64,000 nucleotides of DNA from an uncultured Chlamydiae bacterium (GCA_963754655.1 CAVWGN010000001.1:1376001-1440000), one strand, 5' to 3'; positions 1-10,658 are shown, numbered from the stretch's first letter. Notes: generated from the sequence alone by a model not told the origin. Translations and numbers: made by a program.

Positions 1-1455
1 GCCACCTCCTCTTAAAGCGCGCAATCCATCCCGCCACATGTAATAGAGACCTTCATGATTAAAATTGTTCTCCGTTACACTGATTCCCGCAAAAAGCTCT
101 TCTACACTACTGTATCCTAAGAAAGCGCTGAATTGGCCAGTATTGGTTTCTTCCACTTCTATGTAAACATCTCTGTAATTTCCTTCTAATAGGGAGGATT
201 CTGTCCCTTTAACAATATAAACATTGACATTCTTAAAGTAGTTCATATTGATGAGACGTCGTTCAGTGGCTTTTAGCTTAAGCGTATTAAACACTTCGCC
301 CGGAATAAGAATCGTTTCATGTAAAATAACGGGAGTTTTGGTAGAAATATTTCCAAACACGCGAATTAATCCTACTCGGAATTGCTCTCCTTCCTCAATC
401 TTAAAGTTAACGTTATAGCGATATTCTCCCTCCACTAGTTCTGGGTCGAAATCTACCACTGCATCAATATAACCAATTCTTCCATAAGCCCCTGTTATCG
501 CCTCAATTGTTTCTCTGATTCCTTCTAAAGAAAAAGGCATCCCTGATCGAATTTCAAACAAACGATCGATCACTGCATCATCAATAACATGATTGCCTTC
601 GAAGGAAAGCGAACCAAATGTATAGAGTTCGCCTTTGTTTGCAATAATGGTGACAATAATGCGATTGGTTTTACAAGATTCCATGACGTTGATCTCGACA
701 GAGGCATCCGCATAACCTCGATTTTGCAAATAATTGGTAATAATAAGCTTATCTTGTTGAATCGCCTCTTCATTATAGATCCCAGCTTGCGTGTACCAAC
801 TAGTAAACAAATTATATTTTTTCGTAATCATTTCATTGAGAACAGCTCTTTTCTCGTCGTCACTAAAGTTAATCAACACAATCTCTTGAATTTTTCCGGA
901 GCGTCCTTCTTCAATTTCGATCGAAATCGTCACTTCATTTGCTTCTGAATCCATTTCAACATGGTAATCAAGTTTAGCTTCAAAATAGCCTTGGCTAATG
1001 TAATAGGCTTTTAACTTATGAAAAGCGAGATTGAATGCTTGCCTTTCAAAAATAGAAAAGCAACTGATGCCTAATTCTTTCTGCAAACGGCTCGTTTTAA
1101 TATGATGATTGCCTTGCCAGTGAATGGTGCGAATGGTTGGTTTAGGCCAAATATGAAGAGTAAGAGAGACATGTTCATTCTCTGAATCGACATCAGGATC
1201 CACACGATCATAATCTTGTGCTAATGTTTTTAAATCTTCATCGAAGTCAGCTTGTGAAAAGATCCCGCCTTCTTTTGTTCGCAAACGTGTGAGGATGCTA
1301 TTTGTATCACAAATGGCTCCTGAACGAGTATGAACAATGACATCGACTTTTTCAATGATTTGATTTTCATATTGTAAAATCTGCCCTAATACAGGTTGCC
1401 AGGGAAGAAATGCAAGGATAAAAAGAACTAGGAGTAAATGAATTTGCTTGGTCAT
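1..1455 (-). CDS. bamA: Outer membrane protein assembly factor BamA/Omp85, 5' part (runs off the window)
   Basis: Not in the ORF track (no stop in window). Read manually from ATG at 1455: MTKQIHLLLVLFILAFLPWQPVLG (signal peptide), POTRA-like ...LRTKEGGIFSQADFDEDLKTL..., and near position 1 ...VEETNTGQFSAFLGYSSVEELFAGISVTENNF...ALRGGG, typical of the first BamA barrel strands; next to recR as in Chlamydiae. Confidence 0.9.
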   Translation of the reverse strand, partial: MTKQIHLLLVLFILAFLPWQPVLGQILQYENQIIEKVDVIVHTRSGAICDTNSILTRLRTKEGGIFSQADFDEDLKTLAQDYDRVDPDVDSENEHVSLTLHIWPKPTIRTIHWQGNHHIKTSRLQKELGISCFSIFERQAFNLAFHKLKAYYISQGYFEAKLDYHVEMDSEANEVTISIEIEEGRSGKIQEIVLINFSDDEKRAVLNEMITKKYNLFTSWYTQAGIYNEEAIQQDKLIITNYLQNRGYADASVEINVMESCKTNRIIVTIIANKGELYTFGSLSFEGNHVIDDAVIDRLFEIRSGMPFSLEGIRETIEAITGAYGRIGYIDAVVDFDPELVEGEYRYNVNFKIEEGEQFRVGLIRVFGNISTKTPVILHETILIPGEVFNTLKLKATERRLINMNYFKNVNVYIVKGTESSLLEGNYRDVYIEVEETNTGQFSAFLGYSSVEELFAGISVTENNFNHEGLYYMWRDGLRALRGGG

Positions 1456-1574
1456 AAATAGCCTCAGAGTTGGCAGAAAGGGAAACCCTCGTTATATCAA
1501 TTTCAGAAAAGGTAATTGATCATAGGCAATTAGAAGCTATTTTGCAACTAGAATGAACTCAGAATCCTATATAA

Positions 1575-2171
1575 TTAAAATTGGCTTCGCCCTGCTAGTG
1601 CCCGAGCGAGCGTTCCTCCATCGACATAATCAAGAGAACTTCCCATAGGAAGCCCAAAGGCTAAACGAGAAATATGAATGGGATAATTTGCTAATTCCTG
1701 TTTAAGAAAAAGAGCGGTCGCATCTCCTTCTAATGTAGAATCTAAAGCAATGACGACTTCTTTTACTCGATGGATGATAAGCCGTTCTTTCAATTTAGGT
1801 AGGGATAAATGTTCTGGACCACGCCGATCTAAAGGGGATAGCAGGCCATTTAAGACATGATAAAGGCCATGATATTCTTGAGTCTCCTCTATCGCAAAAA
1901 CATCACGTGGAGAAGCAATAACACATATGACATTTGGGTCGCGTTGTGAAACATGGCAAAAAAAACAGCCTTCGCTTCCCATCAAACAACCGCAGCTGCG
2001 GCATTGTTGCAGTTTCTCCTTTGTTGTGCTGACCACTGCTCCTAATTCTCGAAGCTGTTCTTCTGGCCACGTCAAAAGATGAAAGGCAAAACGCTCAGCA
2101 CTTTTATTCCCAACGCCTGGCAGTCGCCTTAATACCTGAATGAGTTTTAATAAATGATCGGGATAACGCAT
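1575..2171 (-). CDS. recR: Recombination mediator RecR
   Basis: LPGVGNKSAERFA HhH, C4 zinc finger, YHVLNGLLSPLD and TOPRIM (STLEGDATA, GLPMG, YVDGGTL). Confidence 0.97.
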   Translation of the reverse strand: MRYPDHLLKLIQVLRRLPGVGNKSAERFAFHLLTWPEEQLRELGAVVSTTKEKLQQCRSCGCLMGSEGCFFCHVSQRDPNVICVIASPRDVFAIEETQEYHGLYHVLNGLLSPLDRRGPEHLSLPKLKERLIIHRVKEVVIALDSTLEGDATALFLKQELANYPIHISRLAFGLPMGSSLDYVDGGTLARALAGRSQF

Positions 2172-2533
2172 TGTGACTTTGTCTCTTGTACAAATTGTAC
2201 AGATAAAAGCTTAACAAATCGTCTCATAGGTGTAAAGGGAAAAAATTTAAGAGAGGAGTGTTCGGTATCGGTCATGTTTCGAGCTAATTTTTGATTTTTT
2301 TTATTTTTAGAGTGAGATATATTCATTATGATGTTCTTTTGTTTAATTTGTTTTGCGAAGAAAATATTTTACAGAAGAACATCTTGTTTTTGAATTCATT
2401 TAATATAATAAAATTAAATATCTTACGACCTTTCTTAAGTAGTCAATTTTATGATACACGGAAGATTAATAGAGGCTTAAAATATAACTTAAGGGCTATA
2501 AACCCATTTTAGGGTAGTTATAGGCAGGGTGAA

Positions 2534-2660
2534 TTAAGCATGATGCGTATGGGGCATCGCCTTGGGTTAGGGTGTTCATTTGTGCAAAAAATGAGCTTTA
2601 TTTTTCACAATAATTGGCATAGTTGAATAGAAGGTCGCATGTTTATGCCGTCCTTTCAGG
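2534..2660. repeat. Truncated composite REP-palindrome arm (end of family-C/B module followed by family-A left arm)
   Basis: 2541-2567 resembles TGATGCGTATGGGACAACGCCCTGG of the 54.3 kb arm; 2568-2660 is near-identical to 33543-33636 and stops abruptly at CCTTTCAGG. Confidence 0.8.
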
Positions 2661-2919
2661 GACAATTGCAGAATAAACAATAAATTATTTTAATTTACCA
2701 CTTTCAAAAAAAGGCTCCTTAATATAGTCTAGATGTAGAAAAACTGCCTTAAACTATACAAGGAACCGAAAAATGTTCAGAGAAAAATTATCGCAAATGT
2801 GGAATAACGTACAGTCTACTCTTTTTCCTGATTTAATCAAACGAACTCATGAACTCTGCCCTGAGTATAAAAAATTAGTATCGCCTATGAGCCTATTCAC
2901 AAAGATGTGCTTTTTTTGA
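2661..2919 (+). pseudogene. Probable IS left end with truncated transposase N-terminus (IS1182-like)
   Basis: New sequence GACAATTGCAGAATAAA starts inside a REP hairpin; ORF 2773-2919 MFREKLSQMWNNVQSTLFPDL...YKKLVS resembles N-termini of IS1182-type transposases (from recall, not searched). Confidence 0.4.
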
Positions 2920-3188
2920 TATCACTACCAGAAAAGTAAAAGATAGTCCTTGGTCAGTAAAAATCAAGTGTTTCAATCTATGATTTCTTAAGCTATAGCT
3001 AACAGGATCAAATGCGAATACGTAAGGTGGGGCCATAAATTTAAAATTGAAATTAAGGATGATAGCAAGTTCGTATGTATGTCCTATTTCGTGGTGGAAA
3101 CAAGAAATATTTTATGAACTTGCTCTTTTTTATAAAGTTTTTCATTTCAAGATAAAAAGGTCCAAACTATAGAGCGCTGCCCTTTTGC

Positions 3189-4238
3189 TTAAAAGTCACC
3201 CGGGATTAGAATCTCTCCATCTTCTTGAAGGCTTTCATCTGCATATGCAAGAGCTAAGTCATTTTGCTGAACGTCAGCCATGAAAAGTTCTCGATCTTCT
3301 TGAAAAAGGCTTTCAACAGCAGCCGTGAAGAGTTCTCGATCTTGTTGAAGACTTTCATCTGCATATTGAAGAGCTAAGCCATTTTGATGAATGGCAGCCA
3401 AGACAATTGCTTTATCTTTTTTAAGAGTTTCATCTGCATATCGAATAGCGCAGCCATCTTGCTTAACGGCAGCCAAGACAAACTCTCGATCTTTTTTAAG
3501 GATTTTATCTGCATATCGAAGAGCTAAGGTACTTTGCCGAACAACGGCTAAGAAAATGTTTGGACATTTTCTAAAATACCCAACAATTTCAATAAACATT
3601 TCTTGATATTTAAAATTAGAAAAATTTTTAAGTTTGAAAATAATCGATTTTTCTGCCTTAGCTCGTTTTTCACCTATACAGCCATAGTAAAGTTTTTCAT
3701 TTTTGATAACAGTGAATATTTGATCATCAGTACCTGATGCAAGAGAACTTAAAATAGCCAATTGCTTTTTAGCTATTTGCTGGATGTTTTTATTGATGCT
3801 ATGTTGACATATTTCAGGATCCCATGGGTATCGATCTAAAAGGGGAAGAAATAAACTGTTTGGCCGAAATAATCTTGAACTAAGCATTAACAATCGGTCA
3901 AATGCCCAGCGTGGGACCCGATCGATGAGTTTAACTTCCTGTGTAAAACACTTCTTTTGTTTACTTGTTCTACAATCTAAGGGATGCTTAATAACGGTTT
4001 GAGGACTATTGCGAAGTTGAAAAAGATTCTGCACCACGGCGATACAAGGATTATCTTCAAGAATGCCTTTCCATTTATGACAGGTAAGTAAGATAGAAGA
4101 AATGTCACGCAAAGATTGGTTAGGATTGATAACCTGATCAAAAATAATCTTTAACAGCTCATTAGGCATTACGGTGTCTAAACAGGCTTCATTTGAAGTG
4201 TTTTGTACTATTTGTGAATTAATGGAAATAGGTTGCAT
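3189..4238 (-). CDS. F-box-like + DUF4116-type repeat protein (divergent singleton)
   Basis: MPNELLKIIFDQV...ISSILLTCHKWKGIL F-box-like motif; about 4-5 ADESLKKDREFVLAAV-type repeats. Confidence 0.85.
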   Translation of the reverse strand: MQPISINSQIVQNTSNEACLDTVMPNELLKIIFDQVINPNQSLRDISSILLTCHKWKGILEDNPCIAVVQNLFQLRNSPQTVIKHPLDCRTSKQKKCFTQEVKLIDRVPRWAFDRLLMLSSRLFRPNSLFLPLLDRYPWDPEICQHSINKNIQQIAKKQLAILSSLASGTDDQIFTVIKNEKLYYGCIGEKRAKAEKSIIFKLKNFSNFKYQEMFIEIVGYFRKCPNIFLAVVRQSTLALRYADKILKKDREFVLAAVKQDGCAIRYADETLKKDKAIVLAAIHQNGLALQYADESLQQDRELFTAAVESLFQEDRELFMADVQQNDLALAYADESLQEDGEILIPGDF

Positions 4239-4389
4239 AATTTATCCTTTAGTTAAATTAATTAATCTAAAATTTATATTAAGTATATCAACGATTTTAT
4301 TGTTAATTTTGTGTGGTGTTATTTTAAAATAATCAATTTTAAAAGTAAATAAAATCAAGTATGTTAAATCAAATTACGGAGGTGTTTAT

Positions 4390-4462
4390 TCATTCAAAGA
4401 GTAAAAAAGAGAGGGTCATTGGTTTTTAACCAATGACCCTCTCTTTTTTACTCTTTGAATGA
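4390..4462. terminator. Perfect 35-bp-stem hairpin, probable intrinsic (bidirectional) terminator
   Basis: 4390-4424 is the exact reverse complement of 4428-4462 with a TTT loop; internal A6/T6 tracts; just past the stop of 4486..5862. Confidence 0.75.
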
Positions 4463-4485
4463 TGTGATCTAACGATTCAGTCGTT

Positions 4486-5862
4486 TTAACTTGTTTTTTG
4501 CTCTTCTTTCCTTAATTCTGTTTTTCTTCGTTGTTCTAATTCATTAATTTGATTAACACAAGATTTTATTGTTTTAGAAAATGATGTTTCCAAATTATCT
4601 TCTATCTCATTTGCTTCAGATCGTAATTTTTCCGGCTGATTTTTCAAGTCTTCAAATTCTTTATAGAAAAGGGTGTCATATTGTTCAGCATCGACATGGC
4701 GTTGAACAAATTCCTTTCGTAATTCTATTTGAGGTTGAATTTCAGCCAACTCTAACTCCATATTTAACTCTCGAACTTGACAATGTTTATTGAAACAATC
4801 TTTGACTTGAGCATCCGGTATCTTTGCCAAACTATTATTAATTTCTTTATCTTCCATTCCAGTTTTTTTAAGTGCCTCAATTCGGTTGATTAAAAATTCT
4901 TGGACTTTATGATCCAATGCTCGAATTTTCTCTCTTGTCTTAACCACATATTCGTTTTTCTTGGTGTCGTTGTAAAAATTAGCTTTGCTCAGCATTTCAG
5001 TTGTATTGCTAATATCACTCTTCATTTTTTTAAGTTTACTATCGATTTTTGAAAAACCTGTTTTTTTTGCATTTATTTGAATTTTAAACTGGTTAATATC
5101 AGAACCATTCTTAATTTTAATTCTAGTTGGTTCTGGTATTTTAACTTTATTATCAGCTTTTTTTAATAACTCTGATTTTTCAATCAATTTCTGATCCAAT
5201 TTTTGCAATAGTGACTTGAATTGCTTTTTTTGTTTCGTTTTTAGATCCTTATTAATATCTAATTCATAATAAATGTTTTCAATTTCATTTGAAATAGTTT
5301 GTATTTCATTGTCAATTTTGCTTAGTTTATTAGATAATACTAAAAAATCACCTAATTCCATTTTAAATTCATTTTTTATTATTTGTGAAACTTTAACTTC
5401 TAATACATCATTTAATGTTTTACATGTTTCATTCCAATTAATATTTGTTTTGATTTTGCTGCCTACTGTCGTTTTTGACCTTATATAAGAAATAAATTTC
5501 GTTATATCTCCACTTTCACTTAGATCTTCTAATTCCTTAGTTTCACGTTTAAAATTAAGTTTTATTGTTTTTTGCTCATCTTTAATAGAATTTTTATCTT
5601 CTGTAGCGATTGAGTGGTCTTTAATTAATGTGTCTGCTTTGATTTTATTAACCTTGTTTTGAGGGGAAATATTTTCTTTTATGTGAGATGTATTTTTAAT
5701 TTTTTTATCTTCTATTGAATAATCCTTAGAGGATTTAAGAGTTTCTCTAGTTGCTGATGACACTTTTTTTTGTAAATTTGATTCAAATTTTTCTTCTTTT
5801 CTTTCTAAATCACTGGTGTTAACAGGACTAGGAAAGATATTCTCTGTTTTGACACTACCCAT
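4486..5862 (-). CDS. Hypothetical Lys/Glu-rich coiled-coil protein, very AT-rich
   Basis: 458-aa open frame with heptad-like K/E/L composition; no recognised motif. Confidence 0.75.
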   Translation of the reverse strand: MGSVKTENIFPSPVNTSDLERKEEKFESNLQKKVSSATRETLKSSKDYSIEDKKIKNTSHIKENISPQNKVNKIKADTLIKDHSIATEDKNSIKDEQKTIKLNFKRETKELEDLSESGDITKFISYIRSKTTVGSKIKTNINWNETCKTLNDVLEVKVSQIIKNEFKMELGDFLVLSNKLSKIDNEIQTISNEIENIYYELDINKDLKTKQKKQFKSLLQKLDQKLIEKSELLKKADNKVKIPEPTRIKIKNGSDINQFKIQINAKKTGFSKIDSKLKKMKSDISNTTEMLSKANFYNDTKKNEYVVKTREKIRALDHKVQEFLINRIEALKKTGMEDKEINNSLAKIPDAQVKDCFNKHCQVRELNMELELAEIQPQIELRKEFVQRHVDAEQYDTLFYKEFEDLKNQPEKLRSEANEIEDNLETSFSKTIKSCVNQINELEQRRKTELRKEEQKTS

Positions 5863-6152
5863 AAATAAACCATATGTTATTAATTATTATCAATTTGATA
5901 TAATTAAATTTTTAATATCAATGTATTACAATATTATTATAACATATAAATAAATTATTTTAATTAAATTAATTATTTAAATAGAATTATGATCTAAATT
6001 TTTATAATTAAATAAGTTAACTTTTAATATTAAAAGATGGATCAGATAAAAATGATTATTAAATATTGATTTTTTACGAAAAATGAGTGTTCAATTGACT
6101 TATCTGTTATTAAATAAAGTTTAAGGAGTGAGAAATAGGCGGACATGTTTTG

Positions 6153-7316
6153 TTAAACTAATTGCCGAATACAAAGAAGAGCCACATCATCAAAAGGAGG
6201 TGTACCTTGTGTAAATTGAGCGAGATGTTCTAATAAATGTGCTGTCAAAGTAGGCAGAGTACCTGGCATCCAATTGCTGATATCTTGAAAAAAACGTTGT
6301 TCACCATACTCCTCTCCTTGAGAATTACGCGCTTCAATGATGCCATCCGTATAGAGAATGAGACAATCTTCTTTGTGTAGCGATAAGTGATGATTCTGAT
6401 AAACATAGGTAGACAATATGCCAAGGGGAACTCCTTCATTGCGCGCAATGAGAAGTTGCGTGCCATCAGATTTTAATAAGATGGGAGGGTTATGACCGGC
6501 GTTGGCACAGTCAATGTGTCCAGACTGGACATGGTATATGCCATAAAAAGCTGTGACAAACATGCAAGCCTCATTATCCATGCATAACAAGCGATTAGCC
6601 TCTGCCAAGCAGGCTTCAGGAGAAGTCGCATTTAAAGCAGTGGCTCGAATGATGACGCGGCACATAGCCATAAAAAGAGCTGCAGGAATACCTTTCCCCG
6701 AGACATCTCCAATTACAAAACCTAATCGCTCATGATCCAGAGGGAAAAAGTCAAAGAAATCTCCGCCCACTTGTGTAGCAGGGATCATATTTCCATAAAT
6801 TTCAAATGTTCGAACACTAGGAAAAGGGTCAAAATAATGGGGAATAATCGATTGTTGAATGCTGCTGGCAATGGTCAACTCTCTTTCAAGCTGCGCCAAT
6901 GTCTTTTGGGCTTCCATTGCGTTCTTTAATGTAACGCATTGTTCAATCGCATTAAAAATAGTGACCTCTAAATCTCTAAAATTAATTGGCTTCGTGATAA
7001 AATCACTGGCACCACGATTCATGGCCTTGCGGATATTAGACATATCGCCATAGGCAGAGATAATGACAGTTTTGAAAATGCGGTTTAAATCTTGCAAATG
7101 AGAGAGAAGAACGAGGCCATCCATTTCTGGCATATTGATATCTGTCAGAATGATATGAATGTCTTGATCTTGATAAATCGCCTTGAGTGCTTCCGTTCCA
7201 TTTGGGACAAAGATAAATTCGATTTCCTTTGATTTGAGTTGCTTGGCAAATTTTTGCCTGATTAACAACTCGATATCTGGTTCATCATCGACGACGAGAA
7301 TTTTGGTCGTATTCAT
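6153..7316 (-). CDS. Response regulator receiver + SpoIIE/PP2C (RsbU-like) phosphatase
   Basis: REC: LVVDDE, LTDINMPEMDG, ISAY, ITKP; PP2C: VGGDFFDF, IGDVSGKG, YTDGIIE, DDVALL. Confidence 0.93.
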   Translation of the reverse strand: MNTTKILVVDDEPDIELLIRQKFAKQLKSKEIEFIFVPNGTEALKAIYQDQDIHIILTDINMPEMDGLVLLSHLQDLNRIFKTVIISAYGDMSNIRKAMNRGASDFITKPINFRDLEVTIFNAIEQCVTLKNAMEAQKTLAQLERELTIASSIQQSIIPHYFDPFPSVRTFEIYGNMIPATQVGGDFFDFFPLDHERLGFVIGDVSGKGIPAALFMAMCRVIIRATALNATSPEACLAEANRLLCMDNEACMFVTAFYGIYHVQSGHIDCANAGHNPPILLKSDGTQLLIARNEGVPLGILSTYVYQNHHLSLHKEDCLILYTDGIIEARNSQGEEYGEQRFFQDISNWMPGTLPTLTAHLLEHLAQFTQGTPPFDDVALLCIRQLV

Positions 7317-7360
7317 GAGTCATCCTTTTTCTATCGGTATAGCGTGGTGAGAGTATAATT

Positions 7361-9499
7361 TCAATAAGGAAGCGTAATCTTAAATTCAGCAAATTCGCCT
7401 AATTGACTCTTTGCAGTCAGCGTACCGCCATGACCTTGCACAATAATATTATAGCTAAGCGAAAGTCCTAGACCTGTTCCTTCACCAGGCGGTTTTGTTG
7501 AAAAAAATGGAGTAAAGAGCTGGGGGAAAACTTCCGGAGCAATTCCCAGTCCATTATCCCAAATTTTGATGACAATCTCCTGAGTTTGATTTTCGATTGT
7601 GATTTTGACTGTGGGTTGGTAAGAAGTTGGTGTAGAAGGTTGATTTTTCTTGTGGTAGATCGAATAATAAGCGTTATTTAACAAGTTGAGAATCACACGG
7701 CTAATCTCTTGCGGAACCACTGAAAGGAGGGGGATAGAAGAATCATACTGCTTTTCAATTTTCACATTAAAAGAGGGATCTTGTGCTCGCATACCATGAT
7801 AGGCAAGAGCGATGTAGTCATCAAATAGCTTGTCAATCTTGATTGCGATTTTTTCTCCCGGAGTTCCCCTGGAATGTTGCAGCATATTATAAATAATGCT
7901 ATCTGCTCGTCGTCCATGCTCAATGATTTTGCCAATATTAAGCTTAAGTGTACTCAAAAGCTCTTCTAATTCTTTTTTTTCATTCTCAAAAACCAAGAAT
8001 TTTAAAGAAGTTAAATGTTGCTCAATATCATTTTGCAGTTGAAGGCTAAGCTCTGCAAAATTCATAATGAAATTGAGAGGGTTTTTAATTTCATGTGCAA
8101 TACCTGCTGTTAAAGTCCCCATGGAGGCTAGCTTTTCTTGAATCACTAGACGATCTCTTGTTTGTCGCAGTTCCTTAATCGTTTGCTCTAATTTAACGTT
8201 TTGAATTTCATATTCTTTTGTTCGCGTTGCCACTAAATGATCCAAATGACTGATAAGATGGTCGAGTTTCGAGGCCATGGTATTAAAAGACTGACCTAAT
8301 TTTCCGATTTCATCTCGAGAATTAATGGGAATACGCTGAGATAAATCTCCACTCGCCAAAATCTTGGTTTTTTTAGTTAGTAAGAGGATAGGAGAAGCAA
8401 TTTTACGTGCGACGTGAGAGGCGGCAAAAGTTACAGCTAGGGCTGTGAATGGAACTAACATCCAAAATAGATAGGCGAGTTGATGAATAGGTTCTAAAAG
8501 CAACTCTTCATTGACTTCTGTCACTAAGGCCCAATTAAGAGCGCTTTTAATGTGTCTGCCCGCCATCAAATTTGTCTGGCCATTAAAGTCGATATGGTAA
8601 GCTACTGTATTGGCCTGTCCTAAAGCGGCTTGAATGAATTTTCCAAAAGGACTGCGAGGATCCACTTCTTGACTATTGTGAATTTGTGCTCGAGAAGGGT
8701 TGATGACAAATAAATGATCTTGTACTTTTGTTACGACAAGTAACCTAGCAAGTGCGCCTAATTCATTATAACCAGATAATAAATAATAAATGACATGATT
8801 GTTAAGTTCTACAATAGCAATACTGGTTAGTTGATCTTTAGGGGAAATTAGAGGAATGGCAATGAAAGAAGTGAAAGAATTGGTACTTTTATCAAAAAGC
8901 AAGGGAGTCATATGGATTTTTAATGTCTCTCGGCTTTTCTCTACAATTTTTCTTAAGGATTCATAATGCTGAGCCTTGAAAATATTCTCTCCAATGTCAA
9001 TAGAAGAGGGCACCGAAAAAACCACTACTCCCTCTTTTGTCACTAACCACAGCTTTTGATAGCTTAAAGCCCGCATTCGGAATAATAAGACAGGATAAAA
9101 AGTGAGCTTTGCAAGTTGATATTCAGGAGAATTTTTACCATAGTTGGCTAGAAGGATATTCAGGGCCTTGAATGTGTTTGCGGCTGTTGGATCTCTTATA
9201 AACTCACTTGCATCTAGTTCTTTCTCATAAAAATAATAGTCAAGTAATTTTTCTTGCCTTTCAATTAATGTTTGCAAATACTTGGTTGCTTGATCGAATA
9301 AAATGTGCTTGCTCAACAAATAAGAAATGATAGTTGTCCATACTACAGGAACTAAAGCAATCAGCAAAAACCAAACGATGAGACGCGTTCTGATGTTGCG
9401 AGAGGTCCATGCCACAGGGGCTAAAGCAATCAGCAAAAACCAAGCAAATAGGCGAGTTCTAATGCTGCGATTAGGGATTAAAGCTCTCCAGTTCCACAT
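7361..9499 (-). CDS. Membrane sensor histidine kinase (Cache-like sensor, HAMP, HisKA, HATPase)
   Basis: H-box AHEIKNPLN, N-box LNLLNNA, DNGLG, FTPFFSTK, GTGLGL; HAMP DEIGKLGQSFNTM. Confidence 0.93.
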   Translation of the reverse strand: MWNWRALIPNRSIRTRLFAWFLLIALAPVAWTSRNIRTRLIVWFLLIALVPVVWTTIISYLLSKHILFDQATKYLQTLIERQEKLLDYYFYEKELDASEFIRDPTAANTFKALNILLANYGKNSPEYQLAKLTFYPVLLFRMRALSYQKLWLVTKEGVVVFSVPSSIDIGENIFKAQHYESLRKIVEKSRETLKIHMTPLLFDKSTNSFTSFIAIPLISPKDQLTSIAIVELNNHVIYYLLSGYNELGALARLLVVTKVQDHLFVINPSRAQIHNSQEVDPRSPFGKFIQAALGQANTVAYHIDFNGQTNLMAGRHIKSALNWALVTEVNEELLLEPIHQLAYLFWMLVPFTALAVTFAASHVARKIASPILLLTKKTKILASGDLSQRIPINSRDEIGKLGQSFNTMASKLDHLISHLDHLVATRTKEYEIQNVKLEQTIKELRQTRDRLVIQEKLASMGTLTAGIAHEIKNPLNFIMNFAELSLQLQNDIEQHLTSLKFLVFENEKKELEELLSTLKLNIGKIIEHGRRADSIIYNMLQHSRGTPGEKIAIKIDKLFDDYIALAYHGMRAQDPSFNVKIEKQYDSSIPLLSVVPQEISRVILNLLNNAYYSIYHKKNQPSTPTSYQPTVKITIENQTQEIVIKIWDNGLGIAPEVFPQLFTPFFSTKPPGEGTGLGLSLSYNIIVQGHGGTLTAKSQLGEFAEFKITLPY
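9336..9470. repeat. 69-bp tandem duplication encoding two copies of the kinase N-terminal TM helix
   Basis: 9336-9401 vs 9405-9470; RSIRTRLFAWFLLIALAPVAWT / RNIRTRLIVWFLLIALVPVVWT. Confidence 0.9.
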
Positions 9500-9656
9500 A
9501 GGATCCTCGTACTATCTTTTATTTAAGCTGGCAAGAGCATGCTTTAACCTGATAGAGGTTAAGGAATTTTAAAACAAGTCTGATTGGCTTCTTATTTATT
9601 CTCTTGTCTGTTATAGTATTAGCCTATTTAGAGGTTTGATAGTAAAGGAAATTCTT

Positions 9657-10658
9657 ATGCCACATTCATTAAAAGCTTGCATTATAGGCCTAGGTTCCTA
9701 TCTTCCCCAAAGAGTTTTGACAAATCAAGAGTTAGAGCAAATGGTTGATACGTCAGATGAATGGATTATTTCGCGAACGGGAATGCGCGAGCGTCGGATT
9801 GCTGCAGTGGATGAATTTCCGTCCGATATGGGAGCTAAAGCAGCTGTAATTGCCTTAAAATCTGCTGGTTTGAATGCAGAAGATGTGGAGATGATTGTAG
9901 TAGCTTCTATGAGTCCTGATTATATTTCGCCAAGCACTGCTAATCTCATTCAAGCTAAAATCAATGCTGATAAGGCTGCTGCTATGGATATCCAAGCAGC
10001 TTGTACGGGTTTTCTTTATGCTTTATCAACAGCTCGAGCTTTTGTGGAGGCCGGATATTATCGAAACGTTCTTGTCATTGCAACTGAAAAAATGTCTGCT
10101 TTTATTGATTACAAAGATCGTACAACATGTATCCTTTTTGGTGATGGAGCAGCAGCAGCAGTTGTGAGCGCTCATGGGGAAGGACTACGCATTGACACCT
10201 TATGTTTAGGGTCTGATGGCCAATTGGCTGATCTTGTCAAAATTCCAGCTGGTGGCTCCCGTCACCCTGCCACTGAAGAAACCGTGGGCACAGGCATGCA
10301 TTACTTCCAAATGACAGGTAATGAAGTGTTTAAGCATGCAGTTAGACGGATGAGCGCAGCAGCGCGCGAATGTTTGATAAAAGCAGGACTCACAGAGACT
10401 GACATCAGTTGGCTTGTTCCTCATCAAGCAAATAAGCGAATTATTGATGCAATTGCAAAAAATTTTAGCATTCCAGAAGAGAGGGTGTATCAAACTCTCC
10501 ATAAATATGGCAACACCTCAGCCTCCAGTATCGCAATTGCTTTAGATGAATTAATGCAAGAACAAGAATTTGAAGAAGGAGAGCATCTTCTACTCACTGC
10601 CTTTGGGGGTGGTTTAACCTGGGGAGCTGCGATTTTGACTAAAGTAATAGGTGAATGA
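9657..10658 (+). CDS. fabH: 3-oxoacyl-ACP synthase III
   Basis: AACTGF, PHQANKRI, YGNTSASSI, FGGGLTWG; ATG 9657 follows AAGGAA (the track's TTG at 9636 is an alternative start). Confidence 0.97.
   Translation: MPHSLKACIIGLGSYLPQRVLTNQELEQMVDTSDEWIISRTGMRERRIAAVDEFPSDMGAKAAVIALKSAGLNAEDVEMIVVASMSPDYISPSTANLIQAKINADKAAAMDIQAACTGFLYALSTARAFVEAGYYRNVLVIATEKMSAFIDYKDRTTCILFGDGAAAAVVSAHGEGLRIDTLCLGSDGQLADLVKIPAGGSRHPATEETVGTGMHYFQMTGNEVFKHAVRRMSAAARECLIKAGLTETDISWLVPHQANKRIIDAIAKNFSIPEERVYQTLHKYGNTSASSIAIALDELMQEQEFEEGEHLLLTAFGGGLTWGAAILTKVIGE

Noticed and set aside
570..948. ORFs 570..773 and 589..948
   Set aside because: Overlap bamA, which the track missed because it has no stop in the window
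2884..3060. Possible further IS end after the transposase stub
   Set aside because: No partner inverted repeat or coding relic found
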